Assembly (NCBI RefSeq): GCF_018350175.1
Contig: NC_058383.1
Coordinates: forward strand, 12,402,001 to 12,466,000
Length of the DNA: 64,000 nucleotides
Direction of reading: 5' to 3'
From: Felis catus
Taxonomy: Eukaryota
In this document: one piece after another, positions 1-12,575 of the stretch
Position numbering within the stretch: the first letter of the stretch is position 1
How the letters are laid out: every line of letters begins with the position of its first letter
The notes under the pieces: generated by a model
The model's input: the letters and a program-made list of their open reading frames with translations, nothing else
Told to the model about the DNA's origin: nothing
Database searches by the model: none
Made by a program: the position numbers and the translations under genes

Positions 1-211
1 ACGCACGCAGGTGCACGTGCGTCCGGATCTCCTTGACCCCTTGCTCTCCTCCGCGTCACTGACCTAACACTGCATCCTTCTGTTGTTTCTTTACCCCTGG
101 TACCTCCCCCAAGAGGGCCAGGCTTGGTCCATTTCCTTCACTGCTAAATCCCTGGCGCCTAAGGACAGGGCCTAGAATATGGTTGATGCCCCCTGAATAT
201 CGTTGAATTAT

Positions 212-438
212 TTTTTTTGGTAATTTTTGATGTTTATTTATTTTTGAGAGAGAGAGAGACGGAATGCCAGCAGGGGAGGGGCACAGAAGGAGGGAGACAC
301 AGAATCCGCAGCAGGCTCCAGGCTCCGAGCTGTCAGCACAGAGCCCCACACGGGGCTCGAACTCTCGAGCCTTCGATCTGTGAGATCATGACCTGAGGCA
401 AAGATGGATGCTTAGCTAACTGAGCCACCCAGGCGCCC
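212..438 (-). mobile_element. Can-SINE (tRNA-derived carnivore SINE)
   Basis: T-rich tail, (GA)n, body and head ending ccacccaggcgcccc; imperfect TSD ctgaatatcgttgaatta / ctaaatattgttgaatta. Confidence 0.95.
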
Positions 439-999
439 CTAAATATTGTTGAATTATTAATGCCTATGCCCGCCACACAAAAGGTGCTTGAAAACTTCAA
501 GTTCTTGGGGCGCCTTGCTATAAGCACTGGCCGTTTTATATTTTCTGTATTTACCCAAAGACCCTCCTTAGACAGAGAGTTCCCCAGGGCAGGAGTTATG
601 TTTTTTTCACAGGCAACATACAATGGTTAGCACCTATCAAGTACTAGGCCAGCCGTTTATGGTATGGGGATAAGATACAATGTTGATTTAAGGCTGCTGC
701 CACATTTTTGGGCAAGGTGGGCCACGCCCATAAGGTTGTGTAGTGCGCAACATGCACAATGGTACATAACAGTCCTGCCACGGTGATCAATCAATGACCA
801 ATTCCAATCGGTCATACCTTCCAATGCCTCTCTCCCCTATCCTTTTGCTGCACTGCTGGTGACCTAGTCTGTGTCTAATTAAATAATGTCCTTGGATTGT
901 TGTTTTATAGTCGTATGATGGCCACGTAAAGGTGCCTGGCAAGGACTGCAATTGACCGAGGACCTTGACTGCTTGCCTAACCTGTGTTCCCCACCAATG

Positions 1000-1290
1000 A
1001 TTGACTGAGCATAGCGGTCCCACCAGGAAGCTCGTTGTCTAAGGAGATACACAGGCCTGTTCCTGGGAGATACATACTCCTCCAACGGCCGACTGTCCCC
1101 AGGCCTCCTCGGTAGCTTTTCCAAACCTTCCTAAGACTACACAGCGGTCTGGGATGCTGTCAGCCCGCCCTCCCTCCTTTGCTCATGGTCCCCTGGCTCC
1201 CCCGGGCTTCTCACAGGTGTTTCTGCTATAAAATCCCCGCGCGTGTAATCCTGTCTCCACTTCTGCTTCCCGGACGACCGGGCCCAACAC
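1000..1290 (+). mobile_element. Old ERVL LTR remnant (LTR16-like)
   Basis: 3' part ...ctcacaggtgtttctgctataaaatcccc...taatcctgtctcc...ctgcttcccggacgaccgggcccaaca resembles the remembered LTR16 3' end. Confidence 0.5.
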
Positions 1291-1790
1291 CCCTTTCTCG
1301 CCGTGCCGCTCTAGTTTCAATGCCCTGCACGACCCCCAAATGGAGCGAGCTTCCCAGCAAGAAAATTCGATCAGGTTTCTCCCCTACTCCCAATTCTTAG
1401 CTGGCTATCCATCCATCACTCACAGGAGAAGAGCTAACCTGCCGATGTGACATATGAGCGTATGAGGCCCTTCGTGCGCGAGTCCTTGCTGACTTTTCCA
1501 GCCCCTCTCAGCCTCCACGCCTTGCATGTGATATTCCCGTGATGCCAAGATGTCATAGTTCCCCCCAAGGGCCGTGCTTCCCCGGGCTGCTTTATTCTTA
1601 ACACATTTTCCCTCTGCCCAAAGAGCCACCCTATGCCAACCTTCCATGGCCCCTACACGCGTGCACACACACACACACACACCCCACTGTGTGTGTGTCC
1701 GAGACCCCACTCCAGTGGTGTGCACTCCATAGAGCCCTGCACATGCCTGCCGGGCTGACTCACGTCCTGAGCTCTAAACTCTGGAGAAGC

Positions 1791-2002
1791 TTTTTTTTTT
1801 TTTTTTAAATGTTTATTTATTTCGAGAGAGACAGAGTGAGGGAGAGCAGGGGAGGGGCAGAGAGAGAGAGAGAGAATCCCAAGCCGACTCTGCACTGGCA
1901 GCACGGAGCCCGACACGGGGCTCAAACTCACGAATCCTGAGATCACGGCCTGAGCCGAAACCAAGAATCAGACGCTCAACTGACTGAGCCCTCCCGGTGC
2001 CC
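1791..2002 (-). mobile_element. Can-SINE
   Basis: Poly-T, (GA)n and SINE body; TSD ctggagaagctt on both sides. Confidence 0.95.
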
Positions 2003-2479
2003 CTGGAGAAGCTTCTCTCCAGAGCTCCCCATAGCACAGTGTTTAGGGGCCTCCTCCTCCCTTCTCGGGGGAGTTCCTCAAAGGAGCTCCCACTAGGAGG
2101 GGACCCCTTCTCCAGGGGCTTCTTTATTATCCCAACCCACAGGTGACTTCCCTGGGCCCCGGACACCTTATTCCATATGGCCAGGCCCCCTGCACCACAG
2201 CTGTGTGAGCCAGATGTGGGCGTGTAGACTTTGAACCGGTTTCCCTCCCAGGAATTTGGCTTTTGAGCCACGAGGAAGTCGGGCTCTCTTTGGGTGCAGG
2301 GTCTGTCGTATCATCATCTCCCGCCATTCGTGGGTGACAGGAGAGAAAAGTCGGCACACGGGAAGGAGCAGAGATGGAAGGGGGTTCTCGTGCCCTTGCC
2401 CCTTCCACCTTCCCCCGCTGTGCTATGGTGAGTCACCCGCTATCCTTACGGGAAACTTCTCTTTTCTGTGAAGCCAGTC

Positions 2480-2605
2480 TGGAAAACACAAGCCAGCTTT
2501 TCCACCTGTGCATCCAAAGTGCCTGGAATATAATAGATACTCAACAAATGTTTGGAGTAGAATGAATGGATGGATGGATGGATGAATGAACGCACGAATG
2601 AACGA
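2480..2605 (+). mobile_element. L2 3' end with (TGGA/TGAA)n tail
   Basis: gtgcctggaatataatagatactcaacaaatgtttgg...gaatgaatggatgg matches the typical L2 terminus. Confidence 0.6.
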
Positions 2606-4199
2606 AGGGGGTGGGGAGAAAGTCCACGGTGGAGGGCAGTGCCCCCTGTCATTAACAGAATGGGACCCTCTGAGGGAAGTTCGAAGATAGCCCTCGGTGC
2701 CGAGGTATCACACCGGTTTTAAGAGACCCAGAGAAAGAGAGAGAGAGAGTCACGGTAGATGTCCTAGTGATAGCATTCCATACAGGTGCAGGAGGACCCG
2801 ACAGGGAATTAATAACTTCCAACCCCACCGGGATGTCGTGGGACCGGCCACACCGCCAGCCAGCAGGTGCTGCCACATGGCCTCAAGTCCGCAAGCCACG
2901 GCTGTCTGTGCAAAGCCCTTGCAGAGAAACCGGTCTCGAATATCTAGCGTTGTTTCATGCTTGTCCGGGGCCTCTGCCTTCAAATTCAGTGACGTGGTCC
3001 TTTTGGGGACAAGTGTCTTAGCAGGCAAGAGTGGACTGGCCCCTGGAGGTCTGGAGGTCTCATTCTGGCCCTTCGCATTGGGCAATGCTGGTCCCTCCCT
3101 CCCTCCCCCACCCCAAAAAGGCCACACTCCCAAGAGGTGGTTTCTCCCACCGCATCAGCTCGTGAAGACGTGCCTCGTGGCCACCGCCCCCTCTAACTCC
3201 CCTGCAAAGTCCTCCCTGGAGTCTGGCTCCTAGTCAGCGCTCAGTAAAGATGGCTGAGTTGGCCTCAGCCTCAGTTTCCCGTCAGTAGCCTGATGTTAAA
3301 TTGGACCGGAGGTTTTCGGAGGTTTTTCCTAATTCTGAACGCCTGTGATTTTTTACCCGTCATAGCACAGTTCGGGGGCATAGCTTTGGGGCATTTCTCG
3401 GTGTCGCCCAATCAAGCCTGTGCCCAAATCAAAACCTGCCAAGGAAGCCAGCATCCCAGGAGGGCTAAAGGAGCAACACTGGGGACAGTGACAGTAATGG
3501 CAGTGTTCTTGTGCGGAGCTAATGGTCGTTAGCTGGTCTCCCGGGGTCCCCCGAGTACCTCTGCTGCTAATTAGGAAAAATGTAGCAAGAGGCGTCGCGG
3601 TCCCCAGGGCTCTCGCTTCATAATTTCTCATGACTCCTACTTCTTTGGGGTGGCGGCTCCAACCCATTAGTGCAGGCTACTCTCCTTATCTCTGATTGAT
3701 GGCAATAAAGAGGGACAGGGGCAGCAAGAGGAGCCAGCAAGCCTGGGTCCCCAGGCTACTGCCTCTGGTTCCGCCTCCGAATTGTGAGTCCTTATCCCCA
3801 GAAATCTGCCAGCGGAATCTGGACCCTCACCTGGAGTCCTGAACTTGACCCGTCGTCCTCCCCTCGGTGCTCCTGAAGGGCCTGGGTCGGTCCCGGCACG
3901 GAAACCAGACACCGGATTACAAACAAGCGATTCGCCACACCACGAGGGCTTTCATAGATCCGGAGAATTGTTGAGAGCACCTGACTGTGCTAAAGAAGGT
4001 CAGGGGAGAGGAAACTTCTGCTTAGGGCTGAGACTTTGATCCTCGATGGAGACCAGCCCCAGCCCACGTCCAACTGGGTTGTCCCCACTCCACACCCCAG
4101 CTGCCTCCCCCCACTCCCTGCGGCCCTTGTAGACTGAGGTCGAGCTCGCCTGGGGCCTGAAACTGAATGGATAATGACAATGCGATGGCTATTCTCCCT

Positions 4200-4312
4200 C
4201 CCCGCCCCCACCCCCATTTCCCCGGAGACGGGCCATTCTCTGGACTCCACCAATGGCCCTCTAGCTCCCTTGAAGTGAACCAATAGGAAGCACCAGAAGG
4301 ATGCTGCAGGGC

Positions 4313-4348
<36 letters not shown>

Positions 4349-4625
4349 CAGAAGGTGTTTCCCCCCAGCTCTTGCCCTGCTGGGTGGGTGGGTGGTTCCT
4401 CCCATGGCATCAGCCGTTGGAAGCTCCTAGAACCACTCCCTTCTCCCGAGCCTTCGGACCAGGGTGATGACAGCTCCCTGCCAGCCATCCTAGGGCACTT
4501 GACTACCTCCCTCTGGTCCCGCCAACCCAGCCCGCATCTGTGTAAATAGCCCCGTTAGCGCGGTCTCCGCGGCCTCTCCTTTGGAGTGTGCCATCTGTTT
4601 CCTGCTGGGACCCAGGCCGAGACAG
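4200..4625 (+). mobile_element. Old ERVL LTR remnant (LTR33/LTR41-like)
   Basis: Ends ...tttggagtgtgccatctgtttcctgctgggacccaggccgagaca, typical of the LTR33-group 3' end. Confidence 0.5.
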
Positions 4626-5597
4626 ATGTTTACATAAATACTCTGAGACTCGCGGATTTAGATCAATCCCAGAGTTATTTCCCTAGCGGGTGCGACATTT
4701 TATAGAGGGTCTCGTTTGTAAACTTAAGGATCTTACACATGAATATCTAAGAAACCCTTTTTTTGGTATCTTCTCCCACCCCCCCCCCCCGCCTCCCCTT
4801 CTCCCCCCCACCCCCAGGAGGTTTTCGGGAAGCTTAAAATCCCTTGGCATTCCCTCCTCCCTGGATTTCTGGTATGGAATCACTCCTCAAAATGATTTAG
4901 TAGCTGCAAACACCCCAATTCACTGGGTAGGGATGTCTCACTGAGACGTTCAGAGCCCCGTTATAATTGGGCACTGACCTGCCTCTCTGCAGCCCCCGAA
5001 CTCCACCTCACCCCTTGATTCGTTCTGGTTCCTTCCCCTGCCATATCCTGTCCCGGCCAGGCACCGTCCACCTGCCTTTTCTCCTCTTGTTGTCTGATAC
5101 CCCTCCTCCTCCTAGCTTTCAACCCATTTCCTGCCGTCTCCCTCCTTTGAGTTCCCAACGCATTCTTATTTTTAAAGCAGTGTCAATAAAATCGGCTTTC
5201 TGGGGGCGGGGGGGGGGTACGTGTACCGTTCTATGACTTTCAGCCCATGTATAGATTCGTGTCACACTACCATCACGATCAGGATACAAACAGTTCCGTC
5301 TCCCACAAAAACCCCTCTTGCTATAATCCCATGAGTCAATTTCTCATGGTAGATCTCTTTCTTTATAGATGTACCTGCACATATCTGCAAACGCATATCC
5401 ATACGTTCGTGTGTGTTTGGCTTTAGAGTCGTGTCCTAGCCTAGGTCCTAGTTGGAAAGCGGGCAGGAGGAATTCTCCCTTACCCAGGGAGGATCAACCA
5501 CAAGTTCTATTCGGGCCTTCAACTGATTGAACAGGGACCACCCACATCGGGGAGGACACTCTGCTTTACCCTGTCTACCAGTTTAAATACTAATCTC

Positions 5598-5785
5598 CGG
5601 GTGCCTGGGTGGCTTACTTAGCCAGTTGAGCGTCCGACTCTTGATTTCAGCACAGGTCATGATCTCACGGTTCCTCGGTTCAAGCCCCACGTCGGGCTCT
5701 GCACCAACCAGCACTCAGAGCCTCCTTGAGATTCTCTCCCTCTTTTCTCTCCGCCCTGCTCCCCGCTCACATTTGCACATGTGCT

Positions 5786-5825
<40 letters not shown>

Positions 5826-5868
5826 ATATATAAACACACTTAAAAACATTTTAAGACAAATAAATAAA
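5598..5868 (+). mobile_element. Can-SINE
   Basis: gggtgcctgggtggct head, (CT)n, A-tail; TSD aaatactaatctc / aaatattaatctc. Confidence 0.95.
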
Positions 5869-5978
5869 TATTAATCTCATCCAAAACCGTCCTCACAGAC
5901 CCACCCAGAATAACGTGGGACCGACTATCTGGGCACCCTGTGGCCCCGTCAGGTTGACACATAAAATTAACCATCACT

Positions 5979-6204
5979 GGGGCGCCTGGGTGGCGCAGTC
6001 GGTTAAGCGTCCGACTTCAGCCAGGTCACGATCTCGCAGTCCGTGAGTTCGAGCCCCGCGTCAGGCTCTGGGCTGATGGCTCGGAGCCTGGAGCCTGTTT
6101 CCGATTCTGTGTCTCCCTCTCTCTCTGCCCCTCCCCCCTTCATGCTCTGTCTCTCTCTGTCCCAAAAATAAATAAACGTTGAAAAAAAAAATTCAATAAA
6201 AAAA
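5979..6204 (+). mobile_element. Young felid Can-SINE (SINEC_Fc type)
   Basis: CpG-rich, near-identical to copies at 7540, 17690 and 22777; perfect TSD aaaattaaccatcac (5963-5977 / 6205-6219). Confidence 0.97.
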
Positions 6205-6565
6205 AAAATTAACCATCACGATCATACAAATGGAATCACATAATACGTACACTTTTGAGACTGACTTCTTTCACTCAGCGTAATGCATTTGAGACCCACC
6301 CAAGTTGTGCGGATTAATATGCACATTAATATTCCTTGTTATTGCATCGTAGTGTTTATTGTGTGGACGAAGCATAGTTTGCTTATCCATTTCTCGTGGA
6401 AGAATATTTGTGTTGTTTCCAATTTGGGGCCATTATGAAAACAGCTGCCACAAACATTCATGTACAGATTTTCGGACGCATATTAAGTTGTCACTTCTCT
6501 CGGACAATCTGGGGGTGAGATTGTTGGGTCACGTGATGAGCGTATACTTAACTTTAATTAAAAAA

Positions 6566-6770
6566 AATTTTTTTTAATGTTTATTTATTTTTTTGAGACA
6601 GAGAGAGACAGAGCATGAACGGGGGAGGGTCAGAGAGAGAGGGAGACACAGAACCTGAAGCAGGCTCCGGGCTCTGAGCTGTCAGCACAGAGCCCGACGT
6701 GGGGCTCAAACTCACGGACCGCGAGATCATGACCTGAGCCGAAGTTGGACGCTCAACCGACTGAGCCACA
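6566..6770 (-). mobile_element. Can-SINE
   Basis: Antisense tail, (GA)n and body; head slightly truncated. Confidence 0.93.
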
Positions 6771-7539
6771 GGGGCTCCAATTATATGGCAAGTTTTTAAT
6801 TGAGTGTTGTCATTCTTTCCACTTAATTCCTCTTTTTCAAAATTGTTTCAGTTATTTAGAATCCTTGGCCTTGCCATATAATTTAGAATAAGCTTGTCTG
6901 TATCTATTTAAAAAAAACAAACTTGCTTGGCTCTTTATTGGAATTTCAGGAGATCTTGCCTTCTGTGACTGCGCTAAATCCATTTATTAGTTTCAGGAGG
7001 TTTATTATAGATGCCTTAGGGCTTTCTGTGTAGAAAGTCACGTCATCTGTGAATAGAGACAGTTTTCTTTATTATTTCCTGTAATGCCTGTAACTTCTTT
7101 TTCTTGCCTTATTGCACTGGCTAGAAATTCCAGTATGATGGCGAATAAGATTGGTGAGAGTTGACATCCTCGCCGTGTTCTTAATCTTGTGGGGAAAACC
7201 CTTAGTTTTTTTACCCTAATGTAGGATGCTTAACCTTTTTGGTGGATGCCCTTTATCAGATTGAGGAACCGCCTTCTACTCTTGGTTTGCTGAGACATTT
7301 TTTAATAAATAGATGTTTTATTTTGTCAAGTGCTTTTTCTGCATTGATATTGACCATGTGTGTTTTTCTTCTTTATTACGTTTGATGGATTTTGAGTGTT
7401 GAACCCGCTTCGCACTCGTAGGGAAACTTCACTTGACTGCAGTGTACTTTTCCTCTTATAAATGGCTAAGTTTGATTTGCTAATACTTTAGGAGGATTTT
7501 TACATCCATACTCACGAAGGATATTGGTTTGAAGTTTCC

Positions 7540-7768
7540 TTTTTTTTTTTTTAATTTTTTTTTCAACGTTTTTATTTATTTTTGGGACAGAGAGAGACAG
7601 AGCATGAACAGGGGAGGGGCAGAGAGAGAGGGAGACACAGAATCGGAAACAGGCTCCAGGCTCTGAGCCATCAGCCCAGAGCCCGACGTGGGGCTCGAAC
7701 TCCCGGACCGCAAGATCGTGACCTGGCTGAAGTCGGACGCTTAACCGACTGCGCCACCCAGGCGCCCC
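7540..7768 (-). mobile_element. Young felid Can-SINE (SINEC_Fc type)
   Basis: Full antisense copy with long T tract; TSD agtttcctttttt. Confidence 0.97.
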
Positions 7769-9649
7769 AGGAGTTTCCTTTTTTAATATCATCTTTGTCT
7801 GGTTTCATATCAAGGTAATCCTGGCTTCACAAAATTTGGCAAGTATTCTCTCCTTTCTTATTTCTAGAAGAGTTTATATAGAATGGATATTTCCTTATGT
7901 TTTTGGTAACATTAGCTACGGAGGCTCTCTAGTCCTGGAGATTTCTTTCGCAGGATATTTTTAGCTATGAATTCATTTTCTTTAATAATTAAGAATTCAA
8001 TTTATTGCCTATATCTTGGGCGAGTTGCGGTAGTTGGTGATTTTCTGAGGAATTGGCCCACTCATCCCATTTGTGGTATTTATCGGTTAGAGTTGTTCAC
8101 ATTATGCTGTCACTATCCTTTTCATTGATATCCCCCCTTTCTTCCTGATACTGGTCACTTCCGTCTTCTCGTTTTGCTAGACCCCCAAGGGATGTTTTCT
8201 CTGTCACTTTCTGATGTTTCTTTCTCCCTTCTTTGCACTGCCCCAAGTGCATTTTCGGTGCTCCCACTGCCCCAAGATGCTTCCCAGCGTCGAAGATACA
8301 GCCCCACACGCTGTTGAACAGATGAGAATTTTTTTTTTCTTTTAAGTAAGAGAAGTGCCCGCAACCCCGCGTGCAGGTTCCCTCATGAATGCAGCTCAGA
8401 CTCCAAGCCAATGTTGATGGCACCTCTGTCGGCTGCTGCTATGTTGACCTGGTCACAAGCAGCACTGGTGACTGGCTCCTAGGGGGAGCCTCCCACCCCC
8501 TGCTCCTACACACCCTTCCCTCTAAGCACAAGGACGTCTCAAGTGCATTGGGCAAGTAGAGGGACATCCACTGGGTCAGTAGGCTAGGGATACAGGTTTT
8601 CCTTGTCTTTTGCTTTTGGTTATCTTTTCTGTTTTTGTTTTTTTTTTTTTTCCTCCCTTATTTCCATAATGCCTGAAAGAAAAGAGGATGACATTCAGTT
8701 CTTAGTTAGGAATCACCCACCCTGGAAAGACTCCTGGGTTTCTGCGTCTTCGGGGCTTTGGGGGATTCTCTCCCTGTCTCCTTGTCTCTCTGTCTCACTC
8801 TTGCTCATCCTCCCTCTCTGGATGGAAAGAGGACTGGGAGGGTTTCGCCCCAGGAAGTATGAGTGGTCTGCTTTGCTCTCGGCATGAGGGCCAACGCTCC
8901 GTTCTTTCGTCCAGCGATTTGCTTGCTAGCGTGGCCTTTGATGGGCCCCGTCTTTAATCGTTGGAGGGATGGAATACAGACAGCCAAACCTTGAGCGGTG
9001 GGCGCGGAGCAGAAAGAGGGTGGAAGACCCAGTCTAGTTCAGCTGGAGACTGCCCTGTGATTCGGAACAAAATCCCCTCGGGTGTCAAAGAGTCTGATTT
9101 TTCCAGGCCCTTCGCTCTGGGTAGGTATTTCATTCTGACGCATCACGGAGTGGGACCGGGGAAGGCTGTGGCGTGAAACGTTCGGGGGATTCTGGTGCTG
9201 ATCCGTAGCCACCGTTCAAGACTCACGGGGGCCTTTGGTGCACTGAAGATCAAGAGGCCACCATGAAGTCTCCGTGGCCTCCCGAGAGGGACCCGATCCG
9301 GGTCACTCTGCACGTGGAAGCATCCTTGGAAACAGGCGCTTGGCCTTAATTAAAAATCAAGCCTGTGCAGCTAGACAGCAATTCAGCTATAAATATTTGG
9401 GAGCTTCCAGAAGTTTACTCCATCCACGGAGCCGACTTTCTGGTCACCGAACCTATAAATATTGATTTCTGGATAATGTCTAATTCTCCTGAAAGCACTA
9501 GGGCGACCCGCGTCAAGGCCTTGGGTCCCCAACTCTGCTGCGTTGTTTTCCTTCTCACCAGCCTGGGCCGAACCCTAAACCGGTTTATACAAGCAGACCA
9601 CAAACAGCTCGGTGAACCCCAAATTGTATTTACCATAAGAACGGTCATG

Positions 9650-9860
9650 AGGGGTACCTGGGTGGCTCAGCTGGTTAAGCGTCTGACATCGGCTCAGGTC
9701 AGGATCTCCCGGTTCCTGAGTCTGAGCCCAGCATCAAGCTCTGTGCTGACAGCTTAGAGACTGGAGCCTGCTCCGGGTTCTGTGTGTGTGTGTGTGTCTC
9801 TCTCTGTCCCTCTCCTGCTCGCGCTCTGTCTCTCTCAAAAATTAAAAAAAAATTTTTTTT
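9650..9860 (+). mobile_element. Can-SINE
   Basis: ggggtacctgggtggctcag head, (TG)n/(CT)n, A-tail. Confidence 0.93.
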
Positions 9861-10572
9861 TAATTTATGAAATGAAAAAGGTAAATAAAACGCTGGGAAA
9901 ATAACCTTAAATTAGGCGCTGGCTGGAACGAAATCTTCGTACTTCCGTTGCGAGTGTGATGAAGCAAAGAAGCATCGTTCGTTGATTGATCTGGCGATCG
10001 CTTTTGACGTGTATCGATGTTGAATCGCTGTGTCGTACACAACATTATGAAATGGACAGAATACCGCATGCCAACTGCATTTCCATTAAAAAACAACAAA
10101 AAAAATCACTTGGAGAGCCAATCTGACCAGGAAACGCTTTGGGGAAGAAGGAAGACATTAAGTGGGTGTGACAAACGGGCAGCAAGACAGCCGCCGAGAA
10201 TGAAGACACCCACAAGACAGGAAGGGGGCGTGCAGCCATCCGCGTGCATCTGGAAGCCTTCGGATGCCGTCACACTTGGAACCAAAACAAGTAAAGCAGT
10301 GTGCGAAGCCTAAGCGCTCCTTGGCCCCTGGCTCTACCCTTAACCAAGCTCCGTGCCTCATCACGCCAGAAGTGACACACGCTCAGGACTGCCAGGGTCA
10401 ACTTCTCTGCCAGAAGCTCTCCGGAACGTCTGGCGGAGGAACAAGCTTGAGAGACGGTCAGCAGGCCCCCACACGCCAAGAATCTTCCTTGACCGCGAGC
10501 CTTCTCACACCTCCATCTCTCATGGTCTCCCAAGGAAGGGTTGCTTCCTCCTCCCTGGAAGAGGTGGGATCG

Positions 10573-10790
10573 TGGGGCTCCAGGTTGGCCCGGTCGGTGA
10601 AGGGTCCGGCTCTTGATGTCCACGCGGGTCATGACCTCACTGTTCGTGTGTTTGAGCCCCAACCCGCGCTCCGCACTGACAATGAGAAGCCTGTTTGGGA
10701 TTCTCTCTCTCCCTCTCTCCGACTCTCTCTCTCTGCCCCCCCCCTGCTCGTGCTTTCCCTCTCAAAAATAAATAAATATACTTTAAAAAG
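10573..10790 (+). mobile_element. Can-SINE (diverged)
   Basis: SINE body, (CT)n and ctcaaaaataaataaa. Confidence 0.9.
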
Positions 10791-11049
10791 GCAGGCTGGG
10801 GGGTAGGATGGACAAATAACTCTTCAAGTCAGGGGATAAAGGGGAGTGTGGGCCACCTACCCTAAAGCACCTCCATTCACACACTGGGGTCAAGGCTCGC
10901 CTCTGTGCCCAAGTGCTAGCTCTTGCCGTTGGAGGAAGGGGAGGGGGGGGAGAGCTGCCAAACATATTCTTGATGAATTCTAGTCATTAAGCTAGAGAAT
11001 CTATTTTCTGTTAGAGAGTGAAGCAGAACAGATTTCACATTTTCGAGCG

Positions 11050-11272
11050 CACACCCTCAGCATTCTGTATCAGATAGCGTGCTAGGTACTCTGTGCGCCG
11101 AACGCGCGTTACCTCCCTTGATTATGACAACGGCTTCGGGAGGATGGTAAATGTATCCGTAATTTACAGGTAGTGAAACAGATTCCACTTAGCGAGATGA
11201 GATCACAGAGCTGGAAAATGGTAAAAGTGGAGCTTGGAGGTAGGCTTGTCTGACTCGAAAGCCTGCTCTAAC
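11050..11272 (-). mobile_element. MIR remnant
   Basis: tttacaggtagtgaaacaga...gatcacagagctggaaaatggtaaaagtggagcttggaggtaggcttgtctgactcgaaagcctgctcta resembles the MIR core. Confidence 0.65.
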
Positions 11273-12060
11273 ATGCTAAATGTTGGGACGACGGCTTATG
11301 TGGCCTCAGAAAGAGTAGGTTACGTGACAGAGGCCCTCGCCCCTCCGTGTCCATGAAACTCGGGGCAGTGACCCGTAAGGTGCGAAGGGCAAATAACTCA
11401 ACGAAAATCATGTGCAAATGAAGTGCAGGGAGGTGTGGAGGATGAGAATTTGACACACACAAGAGGTTTGGGGAAGGGTTTCGAGATATCATTACTTAAC
11501 ATCATTACGCTTCATTATTGATGCTTCACAGAGCTAAATTTTTATATTTACTTGGGAGGTTTTATTTATTTTTTTTCAACACAGTCTCCTTTTGATATAA
11601 AAGTCATGCTGACAAAACAAGATTGATTAAAGTTTCTAATTATCTGTCATCACAGCATGACCAGTGGCAAATGGAATGCATTTTCTTGTTCCTTCCAGCA
11701 AAAAAAAAAAAAAAAAAAAAAAGGAGTTCCCTGATGCAAGACACAAAGATCTTCTGGTTCATTCAGGTGCTCAGTACAAATCTGCACTGCAGGGCACTAA
11801 CATGGGAGGGTGACGTCACATCGTCTCCCAGCAAAGCTGATTTTGCATCGGAAAGACCATCAGCTGGGGCCAAGAGTAAGGACTGTAGAGCAAGTCTCCA
11901 ACGCAGACATCTTAGAGAATAATTACTCTCTCCCTGTCTTTAAGTTTGGTACCAGATATAACTCGGTTATATCTGCCCTTCCGGTGGTATCCATTGAACA
12001 ATCCTGCTGAAATCCTCTGTGAGCATATTCCTTTGCTGCTTGCTGTAACAAATACACTCT

Positions 12061-12350
12061 TGGAGCGTGTGGATGGCTCAGCCAGTTAAGTGTGTGACTT
12101 GATTTCAGCTCAAGTCGCCATCTCACACTGGTGGGATCGAGCCCTGCGTAAGGCTCTGCACCGCACAGAGCCCGCTTAGGATTCTCCCTCTCCTCTCTCT
12201 CTCTCTCTCTGCCCCTCCCCTACTTGTGTAAGCGTGCACACACACACACACACACACACTCGCTCTCTCTGCTGCCCTGCTCTTGTGCTCTCTCTCTTTC
12301 CAAAATAAATAAACAAATAAATAAACAAGCTTAAGAAAAGTTAAAAAAAA
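12061..12350 (+). mobile_element. Can-SINE with (CT)n and (CA)n
   Basis: SINE body and A-rich tail. Confidence 0.9.
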
Positions 12351-12389
12351 AACTTGCACATTATTAGTGCCTTCACACAAAAGAAATGT

Positions 12390-12575
12390 ATTTTATTTAT
12401 TTTGAGAGAGAGCGGAAGAACGAGCGTAGGGGAGGAGCAGGGAGAGAATCCCAAGCAGGCTCCACACTGTCAGCGAGGAGTCTGGTGAGGGGCTCAGACT
12501 CAGGAACCATGAAGTCATGACCTGAGCCGAGATCACGAGTCAGATGCTCAACTCACTGAGCCGCCCAGGCGCCCC
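12390..12575 (-). mobile_element. Can-SINE
   Basis: Antisense body ending ccaggcgcccc; TSD-like agaaatgtattt / agaaatgcattt. Confidence 0.92.

Larger units (their letters stand above)
5430..6219 (-). mobile_element. MLT2 (ERVL) LTR split by two SINEs
   Basis: gccttcaactgattgaac...cccacatcggggagg...ctgctttac...taatctcatccaaaac...gttgacacataaaattaaccatcac. Confidence 0.8.
5165..8170 (-). mobile_element. Old L1 (L1MB-like) 3' UTR and ORF2 remnant, interrupted by an MLT2 LTR and SINEs
   Basis: Antisense L1 3' motifs (ctttcactcagcgtaatgcatttgagac, gctgccacaaacattcatgtacag, ttgccttattgcactggctaga, ctttatcagattgagg) on both sides of the inserts. Confidence 0.8.

Noticed and set aside
5979..6060. 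tRNA genes suggested by A/B-box-like sequences
   Set aside because: These are tRNA-derived SINE heads followed by SINE body and tail
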